A DNA stretch of 64,000 nucleotides from Candidatus Latescibacterota bacterium (GCA_965248355.1 OZ252098.1:4576001-4640000); one strand, 5' to 3'. Shown: positions 1-9,042, counted from the first letter of the stretch. Numbers and translations are program-made. The notes: generated by a model not told the origin, from the sequence alone.

Positions 1-690
1 ATAGAGGCGGTGCAGCTTGATGCGCGCCTTCTCGGTGGTGAATCGCCATTTGACCGGGGCCTGGCTGTTCTCGCGTTGCGACAGCCAAGCCTGGACCTGT
101 TGGCTCAGTTGCTGAATCGTTGCGATGCGTCGGTCCAGACACTGCCGGGACAGCATCTTCAACCCGATTTCGGCCATGTTGAGCCAACTGCCCCGTTTCG
201 GGGTGAAATGAATGTCGATCTTGTCGGCGATGCGTTTGGCCTCGGCCGGCGCAAAGACATCGTACAACGCCGCCTTCTGGTGCGAACTCAGGTTGTCCAT
301 GACCAAGGTCAGGCGCTCGGCCTCCGGGTAGTAGCGGTCGACCAGGTCTTTCATCACCCGAGCCCAATCTTTCTTGGTGCGCTGCTGCGTGACCTGGACG
401 TGGCAGCGGCCGGTGAGCGGTTCCAGCATCATGAAGACGTTGGCCACGCCCTGGCGGACATAATGATGATCATACCGGGCCGGATGGCCCGGTATCGCCG
501 GCCGAGGGGCCTGCACCTCGCCCACCAGTTGTTTGCTGGTCTCGTCCAGGCAGACCGTGGGATGTTGGGGATCGTAGGGCCGGGTATAGACATCCAGCAC
601 ATCCTCCATGGCACAGACGAAGGCGGCATTGGGGGCGCCCGGCAGGCACCACATTTCCTGCCGCCAGGGCTTCAAGTCGTTTTTTTTAGT
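1..690 (-). CDS. IS630 transposase OrfB (DDE domain), reached by -1 frameshift, runs off the window
   Basis: My translation: KNDLKPWRQEMWC...AFVCAMEDVLDVY...VCLDETSKQL...VMDNLSSH...FTPKRGSWLNMAEIG. Confidence 0.85.
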
Positions 691-1121
691 GTCTTTCGGA
701 CGGTTTCCGGGCTGACCCGGTCGACCACTTCCAAGGCCACCAGGCGGTCGGCCAGCAATCGGAGGGTCCAGCCCTTTCTCCCCTCCGGCGGCGGACTGCA
801 GGCCAGCGCGACGAGACGAGCCTCGCCTTCCCCGTCGATCTTCTTGGCCCGGCGATTCTTCTGCTCCTTGCGCTGCAGGGCGGCCTCCAGGCCTTCTTCG
901 ACGAATCGCCTGCGCAGACGCTCGACCGTGCTGGGATGGACCTCGAGCGCCTGCCCGATCCGTTCGTCGGTCCAGCCCTCTCCCTGCGGTCCTTGATCCG
1001 TCTTCAGGAGAAGGCGCGCATGCCGCTGCTTGAAAGCCGCCGCTTTCCCCTTGGAGATCAGATCGCGCAACCCGGTGCGCTCCTCGGCTGTGAGAGTGAC
1101 GATGTATCTCTTCTTGGGCAA
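672..1121 (-). CDS. IS630 transposase OrfA (HTH DNA-binding part)
   Basis: TTG start at 1121 after GGAG; PKKRYIVTLTAEER...HARLLLKTD...WTLRLLADRLV; ends just after the A8 run at 680-687. Confidence 0.85.
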   Translation of the reverse strand: MPKKRYIVTLTAEERTGLRDLISKGKAAAFKQRHARLLLKTDQGPQGEGWTDERIGQALEVHPSTVERLRRRFVEEGLEAALQRKEQKNRRAKKIDGEGEARLVALACSPPPEGRKGWTLRLLADRLVALEVVDRVSPETVRKTLKKTT

Positions 1122-1210
1122 CGCCGTACTCCTTTTCCAACAAAGGGGATGGGGAAAAAGGATACGGCTGCCACTCTTGTTCCGCAATTCTAAGTGGATT
1201 GACCACTAGT

Positions 1211-2017
1211 ATGCAGGAGGCGCTCGACAGCCTCTCCGACAAGAGTATCCGCCACATCGTCAGCATCTCCGGCGGCAAGGACTCGACAGCTCTCGCCCTG
1301 TACATGCGCCAGAGCTACCCGGAGATTCCAGCGGAGTACGTGTTCTGCGATACCGGCTGCGAGCTGCCCGAGACCTACGAGTACCTGGAACGGCTCGAGG
1401 CTCTGCTAGGTGTGGAGGTGAAGCGGCTCAACGCTCTCGACGACCTGAAGGTGGCGAGAAAGCCCGGGCGCAATCCCTTCGATCTCTATTTGAACGAACT
1501 GTACGGTGGCTTCCTGCCGAACCCTCGGTCCAGGTGGTGCACCCGGGCGCTGAAGATCCAGCCCTTCGAGCGCTTCGTCGGCGACAGCCACGCCTTCAGC
1601 TACATCGGGATCCGCGGCGACGAGGACAGGGAGGGCTACCAGTCCAAGAAGCCCCCGGTCATCTCCCAGCGGCCGAACATCCTGCCGGTGTACCCCTTCA
1701 AAGACGCCGGGATGATCCTGGAGGACATCAAGCGGATACTGACCGAATCCGGCATCGGCATCCCCGGCTACTACCGCTGGCGGTCCCGGTCAGGCTGCTA
1801 TTTCTGCTTCTACCAGCAGGTGGGGGAGTGGCAGAATCTCAAGGAGGTGCACCCCGATCTCTTCGAGAAGGCGATGGGCTACGAGCGGAGCAGCGTTGGC
1901 GATCGAGGATACACCTGGGTCGATGGCCGGCCGCTGCTGAGGATCGCCGAGTTGCCGGAGCGGGAGGAGATCCCCGCACCGGACTTGGCGGAGGGGTGCG
2001 CGGTGTGTCATCTGTAA
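1211..2017 (+). CDS. PAPS-reductase-family protein, SspD/DndC-like (DNA phosphorothioation-associated)
   Basis: PP-loop SGGKDS, DTGxELPE, FLPxPxxRWCT, WRSRSGCYFCFYQ, terminal CxxCHL. ATG at 1211 (the TTG at 1199 lies inside the IS end). Confidence 0.8.
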   Translation: MQEALDSLSDKSIRHIVSISGGKDSTALALYMRQSYPEIPAEYVFCDTGCELPETYEYLERLEALLGVEVKRLNALDDLKVARKPGRNPFDLYLNELYGGFLPNPRSRWCTRALKIQPFERFVGDSHAFSYIGIRGDEDREGYQSKKPPVISQRPNILPVYPFKDAGMILEDIKRILTESGIGIPGYYRWRSRSGCYFCFYQQVGEWQNLKEVHPDLFEKAMGYERSSVGDRGYTWVDGRPLLRIAELPEREEIPAPDLAEGCAVCHL

Positions 2018-2070
2018 GAGAAGGGGAAGGAGAATCCCAACTGACCGACGTCCAACTCACCGTGAAAGAG

Positions 2071-2388
2071 ATGAGGGAGAAACTCACCCATGCCAAGGCC
2101 TCCCTAACCGACGCGGAGGCCGCCCTCATGGACTGGGTGGAAGGCGGACCCCTTACCACCATCAAGGAAGCCTACAAGGGAGTGCTCGACCTGGAAGAGG
2201 CCCTCGACACGGCCACCAACCCCCATCAAGTCACCGCAAGCGTGGACCCGTCCTGTGGTCGCGTCGTCCGCACCGAAGACAATGCGCACCCCGTCATTGT
2301 GTGGTCGATCTTCAAAGGCCCGTACGACGACTCGATCCCTTTTGACAGGCAGGTTCTCGACATCGACGCCAAGGACACCGACGGCTAG
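2071..2388 (+). CDS. Hypothetical protein (about 105 aa; start may be 2041 or 2062)
   Basis: AAGGAG RBS-like site near 2027; protein-like composition; lies between the PAPS reductase and the HNH gene. Confidence 0.5.
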   Translation: MREKLTHAKASLTDAEAALMDWVEGGPLTTIKEAYKGVLDLEEALDTATNPHQVTASVDPSCGRVVRTEDNAHPVIVWSIFKGPYDDSIPFDRQVLDIDAKDTDG

Positions 2389-2668
2389 CCGGCCCACTTC
2401 GAGGACGGAGAATACACTGTCGATGTCGGCGAAGGCTCTCGGGCGCAGGGGATCACCATCAAAGATGGTCGCTTCGACATCGGCCCGACCTGCGATGCCC
2501 TGCACAAGGCGCAAAGCCTGTACTTTGCACACACCAACTACGATCACCGGTTTCTGGAGCACCTGCGCTACAGCCCGGAAAAGGATGTGTTCGTGGCGCA
2601 CTTCGGCAGCTGACAGGTCCGTCCCGAAGGTGGCCTCGCTGGAAGAAGAGCGGCAAGGCCGTAGAGCG

Positions 2669-3574
2669 ATGAATCGCCGGGAATTCCTCCAGAGAATCGA
2701 GCGGATCAACGTCTGGCAGCGACGCGGGGAACGCGCCCCCCACAAGCCCTTGCTATTGCTTCTGGCCCTTGGGCGCGTGCTCCACAGGCGGGAGCGGCTT
2801 GCCGCCTACGAATTGATCGAAGACCAACTGAACAGCCTTCTGCAGAACTTCGGCCCGCCTCGCAAGGCCCGGCACCCGGAGTTCCCCTTCGGTCGCCTTC
2901 CCGCTGACGAACTCTGGGAGGTTCCGGAAAGCGAGACCTTGTCCCGGACTGCGAGCGGGGATCTCCTCGTCGGGGAGCTTCGAGAGCGCGGTGTGAGGGG
3001 TGGTTTTCCAGCTCCGATGCATGACCTTCTGACCGACCACCCGGAAATCGCGAAGGAAGCGGCGCAAAAACTCCTCGACGGGCACTTCCCCGACTCACTG
3101 CACGGCGAGATTCGCGACGCCGTCGGCATTCCTCGTGACTGGGTCGTGCGGGATGCGTCCCTCCCCTCGAGGCGCGACCCGGCCTTTCGCGACAACGTTC
3201 TACGGGAGTACCAGCGCCGTTGTGCCGTCTGTGACTTCGACGTGCGTCTGGGAAGCGATTTGATCGGCCTGGAAGCGGCGCACATCAAGTGGCATGCGTA
3301 CGGAGGTCCTGACGAAGTCGCCAACGGGCTGGCCCTGTGCGGACTGCATCACAAGGCGTTCGATCGGGGCGCGCTCGGCATGAACGCAGACGAAGGAGGA
3401 GGCTACAGGGTGGTCGTCTCAAGTGAAGTCCACGGCCTCAGTGCCCCCGTCCGCTGGTTCCTCGACTACCACGACAAGCCGCTGCAAACACCAAGAAACC
3501 GCGACCTCGGTCCCGCTCCTGAGTTCGTGAAGTGGCATCAGAAGCAGGTCTTCCGCCGCCCGCCACTGACCTGA
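2669..3574 (+). CDS. SBD-HNH phosphorothioated-DNA-binding (type IV) restriction endonuclease
   Basis: N-terminal RAPHKPLLLL and PEFPFGRL (SBD-like HKP and YPFxxL motifs); C-terminal RDPAFR...CAVC...LEAAHIKW...NGLALCGLHHKAFDRG HNH domain. Confidence 0.8.
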   Translation: MNRREFLQRIERINVWQRRGERAPHKPLLLLLALGRVLHRRERLAAYELIEDQLNSLLQNFGPPRKARHPEFPFGRLPADELWEVPESETLSRTASGDLLVGELRERGVRGGFPAPMHDLLTDHPEIAKEAAQKLLDGHFPDSLHGEIRDAVGIPRDWVVRDASLPSRRDPAFRDNVLREYQRRCAVCDFDVRLGSDLIGLEAAHIKWHAYGGPDEVANGLALCGLHHKAFDRGALGMNADEGGGYRVVVSSEVHGLSAPVRWFLDYHDKPLQTPRNRDLGPAPEFVKWHQKQVFRRPPLT

Positions 3575-3591
3575 CTACGAGGGACAACCCA

Positions 3592-4425
3592 ATGCCATAC
3601 ATCGACTCCCACGTGCACATCTGGACCGACGACTACCAGACCTACCCCTTCGCCGAGGGCAGCGACCCCGCCAACGCCAGTCCCCGCACCTTCCACGTGG
3701 AGGACATCCTCGGCCACGCTCGGCCCTGCGGCGTCGACCGCGTCGTGCTGGTGCAGATGAGCTACTACGGCACCGACAACCGCTACATGCTCCAGGCCAT
3801 GGCCGAGGCTCCGGACGTCTTCGGCGGCATCGGCATCGTCGACTGGGACGATCCCGCCGTCGAGGAGGAGATGACGCGCCTCGCCGCGGAGAGGGTTTAC
3901 GGCTTCCGCGTCTATCCGAGGGACGTCCCGACGGAGAGCTGGTGCGACGGCCCCGGCTTCGAGAGGATGTTCGCCGCCGCCGCCCGCCATCGGCTGGCCA
4001 TCTGCCCGCTAATCGCCCCTGACGGCCTGCCGGCCCTGGCGCGGCGCTGCGAGCAGTTCCCCGGCGCGCCCGTCCTCATCGACCACCTGTGCCTCATCGG
4101 CGGCAGGGGCCCTGTCCGGGAAGAGGAGGTGGGGGCCCTGTGCGCCATGGCGCGGTTCGAGAGCGTGATGGTCAAGGTCTCCGCTTTCTACGCTCTGGGC
4201 GAGAAGAAGCCGCCCTACCACGACCTGGCCGGCCTCATCCGGCGGGTCGTCGACGCCTTCGGCCCGCAACGCCTCATGTGGGCCAGCGACGCGCCCTACC
4301 AGGTTCTCGGCGGGCACACCTACGCGGCCAGCGTGGCGCTCATGGAGGAGGGTCTGGACTTCCTGTCCGCCGCCGATCGGGCCGAGATCATGACGGGCAC
4401 GGCGGAGCGGTTCTTCTTTCGGTGA
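3592..4425 (+). CDS. Amidohydrolase family protein (amidohydrolase_2)
   Basis: IDSHVHIW, LIDHL, FGPQRLMWASDAP motifs. Confidence 0.9.
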   Translation: MPYIDSHVHIWTDDYQTYPFAEGSDPANASPRTFHVEDILGHARPCGVDRVVLVQMSYYGTDNRYMLQAMAEAPDVFGGIGIVDWDDPAVEEEMTRLAAERVYGFRVYPRDVPTESWCDGPGFERMFAAAARHRLAICPLIAPDGLPALARRCEQFPGAPVLIDHLCLIGGRGPVREEEVGALCAMARFESVMVKVSAFYALGEKKPPYHDLAGLIRRVVDAFGPQRLMWASDAPYQVLGGHTYAASVALMEEGLDFLSAADRAEIMTGTAERFFFR

Positions 4426-4559
4426 ACTGACCTGACGCGCCAGCCGCGCTCGATCGGCGGCTCGGGGGAGAATCCATGGGGCATCGGACGTCCTGTGACT
4501 CCCCTGATCTCGGCGTCCCCCTGACTCCGGACCCGGGGAGACGAGGTTCACGGCCGTGG

Positions 4560-5060
4560 GCACCCTCTGGCACCCCTTCACCCTGCAGGTCCAGACCGCC
4601 TCGGGCGAGGCGTCGGAGGCGAGAGTCTGGGCGATCGCCAACCCCGGCGAGCACTCCGATCTGGCCATCGAGATTTGCAGCGCCTCCTCGGCGCCGGGAT
4701 GCTGGGGACCGGCGGCCCCATCTATGTCCGCGAGACCTACCTTCCCATACTGGGGTACATCCGGTTCCACGTCGAAGGCGGATGGAGGGACGAGGGCAAG
4801 AAGGTGCCCTCGCCCCCGACTACACCCATTGGCGGGAGTCCGTCTTCGGAGACGAGGTGATGACCCCCTACCTCGACTGGGACAACGGCATCTTCAGTGC
4901 TACCACTCTGCACGCCATGGGCGACATCGGATATCAAGTGGACCCCAGCCAGTCGGACGCCTACAGCCTGCCGTCGCTCTCAAAGCCGGCAGCCGTCGAG
5001 ACCCCGCGTGCCTCTTGCGGGGTGAAGGGGATCGGCCCTGTGGAGGTTGCGCGGTGCTAG
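4560..5060 (+). pseudogene. Fragment of a leishmanolysin-like (M8-type) zinc peptidase
   Basis: HWRESVFGDEVMTP...SATTLHAMGDIGYQVD resembles the C-terminal part of such peptidases; HExxH absent and frames broken. Confidence 0.45.
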
Positions 5061-5067
5061 TCTCCGC

Positions 5068-6339
5068 TCACTCCACCTCGGGAGGCACCTGGCTCGGATC
5101 CTCTCCGTTGAAGGCGACGCTCAGGAGAATGATGGAAGAGTACGGGCGATAGGGGTTGGCGGTGTCCTCGGTCCGACGCCACCGGGTGGGCCACAGGACG
5201 CCCTGGATCTCCTCGTACTTCTCGAAGCGGGTGGTCCAAGTCGGACTCTTCCTGCGCTGATGGCCCCGCTGGGCTCTGAACCACTCCGCTTCCCTCTCCG
5301 ACAGCTCTTCTTCCACGGCCACGAGCAGGGCGTCATCCGCATCGAAGTGGGCCAGGAAGGTGCGGCCGAACTTCCGGTCATCGACGTGCACGGATTGCAC
5401 GGAACGGCCATCGAAGGTCCCCGTGCCGGCGTATCGCAGCTGCACTCCCTCGCCGAGGAACCGGTGGGCGAAGTTCCAGCGCTCGCCCTCCGATCGCTCC
5501 CGGTAGGTCCGGCTCCAAGGAGGGGAGGACCGCCACCGCCCCTCGAAGAATCGGAAGAAGGCCCCAACCTCGTAGTAGGGGACCATCGTGGTCAGGCTGG
5601 GGAAGACCCCCTCCCGGGTGTAGGGCATGCGCTCCCAGGGTTCGGCGCTGCCGGCCTCGAAGCGCCAGACGGACACGGGATGGGCATAGGCGGGCACTCT
5701 GTGGACATAGGGGCGCTCCCCTTTGGCGGTTGGGGGCCGATAGCGGGTCGTAGCCTGAACCCACACCACGGCGGCCATGGAGTGGAGGGCCTCGAGCCGG
5801 TCCACGCCGCCCATGGCGTTCAGGCACGCCAGGACGATCTGGCGAGCTCTTCTGGCGGGGGCGCTCTCCGGATCGGTCGGGTCGGCGTCCGGCACCCACA
5901 GCCGCGCATAGGCGTCGCGTTCCTCCATGGGAAAGGAGGGCCCGAGGTCCTGGGCCTGGACTTCGGTCGTATCCGTCGCCGGCAGCCGGCTCTCGAAGGG
6001 ACGGTGCCGCCCACCCACCTCGATCGGTCCCGCCAAGGTGTCCCCCGGTGCCCCACGCGGCGCGACACTGTCGGAGACGGTGGAGGTGACGGCATCCACG
6101 GCGAGGGACAGATCCGGCATTCGGCCCGCCACCCTCTTCATGGCCGGAGAGTCGGCTTCCGGCTCGGGACCGGAGAGGCGAGGAGCGGAGGGGGCTTTGG
6201 GAGCGCGGAAGAAGGGAAGGTGGCTGGGTGAGGGCGAGGGTGCGATCAGATGGTACACGAGCAGAAGCAGCAGGTGCAGACCCGCGGACAGGAGGAGGGA
6301 GAGGCCGAGTCTGAGCCTGCCCGGGGTCCGATACCGCAT
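5068..6339 (-). CDS. Membrane-anchored hypothetical protein, C-terminal half possibly LolA-like
   Basis: N-terminal TM (LSLLLSAGLHLLLLLV), Pro-rich linker, AMGGVDRL and FEKYEEIQGVLWP segments; paralog at about 31.3-32.4 kb. Confidence 0.7.
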   Translation of the reverse strand: MRYRTPGRLRLGLSLLLSAGLHLLLLLVYHLIAPSPSPSHLPFFRAPKAPSAPRLSGPEPEADSPAMKRVAGRMPDLSLAVDAVTSTVSDSVAPRGAPGDTLAGPIEVGGRHRPFESRLPATDTTEVQAQDLGPSFPMEERDAYARLWVPDADPTDPESAPARRARQIVLACLNAMGGVDRLEALHSMAAVVWVQATTRYRPPTAKGERPYVHRVPAYAHPVSVWRFEAGSAEPWERMPYTREGVFPSLTTMVPYYEVGAFFRFFEGRWRSSPPWSRTYRERSEGERWNFAHRFLGEGVQLRYAGTGTFDGRSVQSVHVDDRKFGRTFLAHFDADDALLVAVEEELSEREAEWFRAQRGHQRRKSPTWTTRFEKYEEIQGVLWPTRWRRTEDTANPYRPYSSIILLSVAFNGEDPSQVPPEVE

Positions 6340-6349
6340 TGGCCTTCCG

Positions 6350-6943
6350 TCACCGATCGCCGGGGGACCTGGCGGCCAGCGCCTTGTAAGCGGAGGTGAT
6401 GGTCTCTTCCAGCAAGTGCTTCAGCTCGACGGGCGGACCGGAAGGGTAGCGAGTCCCCTTGGCGGCGATCACCTCCGAGTGAAGACGGTCTCCCGTCTCA
6501 ACCTGTCGCAATAGGAGCCGCGTGGAGAGAGTGGCCTCCACCCCGGGCGTACGGACCAGGTCACGCACCTCGAAACCTTGGACCGTGAGGGTGAGTTCAT
6601 AACGGCCGAGCCAGTCCGAGTTCCGCAACGCCCCACGGGTGATCCTGGCGCGGAGTCCTTCGAGGATGCGGACGTGCAGGTCCTGCAGTTCCTCATCCAG
6701 CCGCTTGGACTGCTCGTCCCCGAAGGCCGTCTCCAGGATCGCCGGCCGGATGACCGCCAGGTCCTGCACCAGGCCTTCCCAGTCCCGGGAGGGGCAGTAG
6801 GCGTTGACAGCCCACACCACGAGGCCCTGGGAGAGGGAGTCCCGGACCGTGATCCCCAGGCTGTCGGCCTTGGTGGTCTCCGCGGCGGCGGTTAGGGGCT
6901 GGGCAAGGGCCACTGCAAGGGCTGCGGCTGCGGGGAGGATCAT
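6350..6943 (-). CDS. Secreted hypothetical protein
   Basis: Signal peptide MILPAAAALAVALAQPLTA; 10 bp upstream of the next gene; paralog at about 32.4-32.9 kb. Confidence 0.65.
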   Translation of the reverse strand: MILPAAAALAVALAQPLTAAAETTKADSLGITVRDSLSQGLVVWAVNAYCPSRDWEGLVQDLAVIRPAILETAFGDEQSKRLDEELQDLHVRILEGLRARITRGALRNSDWLGRYELTLTVQGFEVRDLVRTPGVEATLSTRLLLRQVETGDRLHSEVIAAKGTRYPSGPPVELKHLLEETITSAYKALAARSPGDR

Positions 6944-7004
6944 GGGAGGCAGGCGCCCGGCGGACGAAGCACAGGACAAACACTTCGTGGGGGAGCTGCC
7001 CCCG

Positions 7005-7033
7005 TTGACGTTAAACGCCGGGCGTTATACATT
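7005..7033 (+). promoter_or_regulatory. Sigma70-type promoter of higBA-1 with a palindromic operator
   Basis: TTGACG (7005-7010), 17 bp, TACATT (7028-7033); palindrome AACGCC-G-GGCGTT (7014-7026) in the spacer; ATG 7 nt after the -10. Confidence 0.65.
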
Positions 7034-7110
7034 GCCTGCATGATACGGTCCTTCGGAGATCGAGAAACAGAGCGGATCTATCATCGAATTCCATAGGCCG
7101 CCCTTCGGAA

Positions 7111-8534
7111 GGCATTGTCCCGATCTTAGTTGAAATAGCACAGGCTCCCATCGTTACGTTTGATACGAGAAATCCCCAAGAAGCCTCGTATCGGTAACCC
7201 AAGGAGCCTGCCATGAGCAAGCTACAAGCACGGAAGAAGGGCGTCAAACGGACCGTGGCCATCGGCCCCGTGAACCGCCAAGCCACCGCGTCGATGGACG
7301 ATCTGGAGACTCGCATCGAGGTCATCCAGCTGCTGATCCCTTTGGGTCTGCAGGCGGTCTCGGAGGAGCTGCAGCAGTCGGTCGAGGCCTTGGCCGGACC
7401 TCGGTATCAGCGCAAGGGTCCGGATCAGGCGTTGCGCCGCTGGGGGGCGCAGGCCGGGTCGGTGTACCTGGGCGATCAGAAACTGCCGGTCGAGGTGCCG
7501 CGCGTGCGCGATGTGGTCCGCGGCACCGAGGTCCCGCTGGAGGCCTATCAGGCCCTGCAGACGCCGAGGCAGATGGACCAGGGGCTGTTGTTGCGGGTGC
7601 TGAAGGGCCTGGCCACGCGCAACTACGAGGCCTGCGCCGAGACCGTCCCGCAAGCCTTCGGTCTGTCCCGTTCCTCGGTCTCTCGCCGGTACGTGAAAGG
7701 CACGGCGCGCAAGCTGGCCGAATTCCAGCAGCGATCCTTGGAAGGCTACGACCTGGTGGCGCTGTTTCTGGACGGCAAGAGCTTCGCCGACGAGGAGATC
7801 CTCATCGCCCTGGGTGTGACTCTGGAGGGCCAGAAGGTGCCCTTGGGCTTCGTGCAGGCGGCCACCGAGAACGAGCGCGTCTGTCGCCGCTTCCTGGCGG
7901 AGCTGGTCGAGCGGGGCCTGCAATACGAAGCCGGGCTGCTCGTGGTGATCGATGGAGGCAAGGGCCTGTACAAGGCGGTGCGGTCGGTGCTTCAAGGCCA
8001 TGCCTGCGTGCAGCGATGCCAGTATCACAAGCGCCAGAACGTGGTCTCGTACCTGCCCAAGAGCGAGCAGGCCGGCCTTCGTCGAAAGCTGGAAGCGGCG
8101 TATGGGCACTCGACGTACGAGGAGGCCCAAGCCGCCCTGGAGGCGCTGAAACCGGGGTTGCAGTTGATGAACCAGTCGGCCCTGCGCAGCTTGGAGGAAG
8201 GCCAGCAAGAAACCCTCACGCTCCACCGCCTGGGCCTGATGCCGATGCTGAAGGCCTCCTTCCGTACCACCAACTGTATCGAGAACGTCAACAGTCTCCT
8301 GGAGCAGTTGACGCACAACGTGCGGCGCTGGACCAACTCGTCGCAGCGTCACCGCTGGGTCGCCACGGCGTTGCTTGACATCGAACCTCGCCTCCGCCGG
8401 GTCAACGGCTACCACCACCTGCCGATGCTCCGGCAAGCGCTCCAAGCCGAGCTCGGCATCCAGCAGCTCGCGATGACGGGCTGACTCATCCACTCGAGCC
8501 TGGGCTACGTTTCAACTGAGAATGGGACTTGCCC
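7111..8534 (+). mobile_element. IS256-family insertion sequence, complete
   Basis: Imperfect 25-bp terminal IRs (GGCATTGTCCCGATCTTAGTTGAAA / TTTCAACTGAGAATGGGACTTGCCC); 8-bp target duplication CTTCGGAA at 7103-7110 and 8535-8542. Confidence 0.92.
7213..8484 (+). CDS. IS256-family (Mutator-type) transposase
   Basis: LFLDGK, VVIDGGKGL, QRCQYHK, RTTNCIENVN motifs; AAGGAG RBS. Confidence 0.95.
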   Translation: MSKLQARKKGVKRTVAIGPVNRQATASMDDLETRIEVIQLLIPLGLQAVSEELQQSVEALAGPRYQRKGPDQALRRWGAQAGSVYLGDQKLPVEVPRVRDVVRGTEVPLEAYQALQTPRQMDQGLLLRVLKGLATRNYEACAETVPQAFGLSRSSVSRRYVKGTARKLAEFQQRSLEGYDLVALFLDGKSFADEEILIALGVTLEGQKVPLGFVQAATENERVCRRFLAELVERGLQYEAGLLVVIDGGKGLYKAVRSVLQGHACVQRCQYHKRQNVVSYLPKSEQAGLRRKLEAAYGHSTYEEAQAALEALKPGLQLMNQSALRSLEEGQQETLTLHRLGLMPMLKASFRTTNCIENVNSLLEQLTHNVRRWTNSSQRHRWVATALLDIEPRLRRVNGYHHLPMLRQALQAELGIQQLAMTG

Positions 8535-8736
8535 CTTCGGAAGCTGCGCATGCTCAATCGGTCAACTGCGCTGGGGGATCTTCGAGTGCCCCTGGCCAAT
8601 CGTCTTGAGAAACTCCGTGGTGATCGGTCAGGCCAGTACAGTATTCGAGTCAATGACCAGTGGCGAATCTGTTTCGAGTGGCACAACGACGATGCCTACA
8701 ACGTTGAGATCGTCGACTACCACTAAGGAAGGGTTT

Positions 8737-9042
8737 ATGCCTGCACAGAAGCTGGCTCCTGTTCATCCGGGAGACGTCCTGCTGGAGGAGTTCCTCAAGC
8801 CGATGGACCTCAGCCAGAACCGCCTGGCCCTGGCCATAGGAGTGCCGCCCCGGCGCATCAACGAGATCGTCCTGGGCAAGCGGGGCATCTCCGCCGATAC
8901 GGCCCTGCGTCTGGCCCGCTACTTCGGCATGTCGTCCCAGTTCTGGATGGGCCTTCAGATGGACTATGAGCTGGATGTAGCCGAAGACGAACTGTCTGAT
9001 CGTCTGGACCGCGAGGTGCGGCCCCACGTGGAGGCTGTGTAA
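8737..9042 (+). CDS. higA: HigA antitoxin (HTH-XRE)
   Basis: PVHPGDVLLEEFLKP...RINEIVLGKRGISADTALRLARYFG...FWMGLQ. Confidence 0.93.
   Translation: MPAQKLAPVHPGDVLLEEFLKPMDLSQNRLALAIGVPPRRINEIVLGKRGISADTALRLARYFGMSSQFWMGLQMDYELDVAEDELSDRLDREVRPHVEAV

Larger units (their letters stand above)
1..1206 (-). mobile_element. IS630-family insertion sequence, far end outside the window
   Basis: Two-ORF transposase. Terminus reads TA-GTGGTCAATCCACTTAG on the minus strand, with TA at 1207-1208 (IS630 targets TA). Confidence 0.85.
7040..8726 (+). pseudogene. higB: HigB (RelE/ParE-family) toxin interrupted by IS256 and an in-frame stop
   Basis: 5' part MIRSFGDRETERIYHRIP*AALR rejoins, after removing the IS, to KLRMLN...NRLEKLRGDRSGQYSIRVNDQWRICFEW...VEIVDYH. 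Confidence 0.85.

Noticed and set aside
10..996. 328-aa plus-strand ORF (likewise 7222-8493 minus)
   Set aside because: Antisense to recognisable transposases.
1199..1230. IS-derived hybrid promoter (TTGACC) for the PAPS reductase
   Set aside because: No -10 element at proper spacing, and it would start inside the gene.
2255..2668. N-terminal extension of the HNH ORF
   Set aside because: Overlaps the upstream ORF and is not domain-like; the ATG at 2669 fits the family start.
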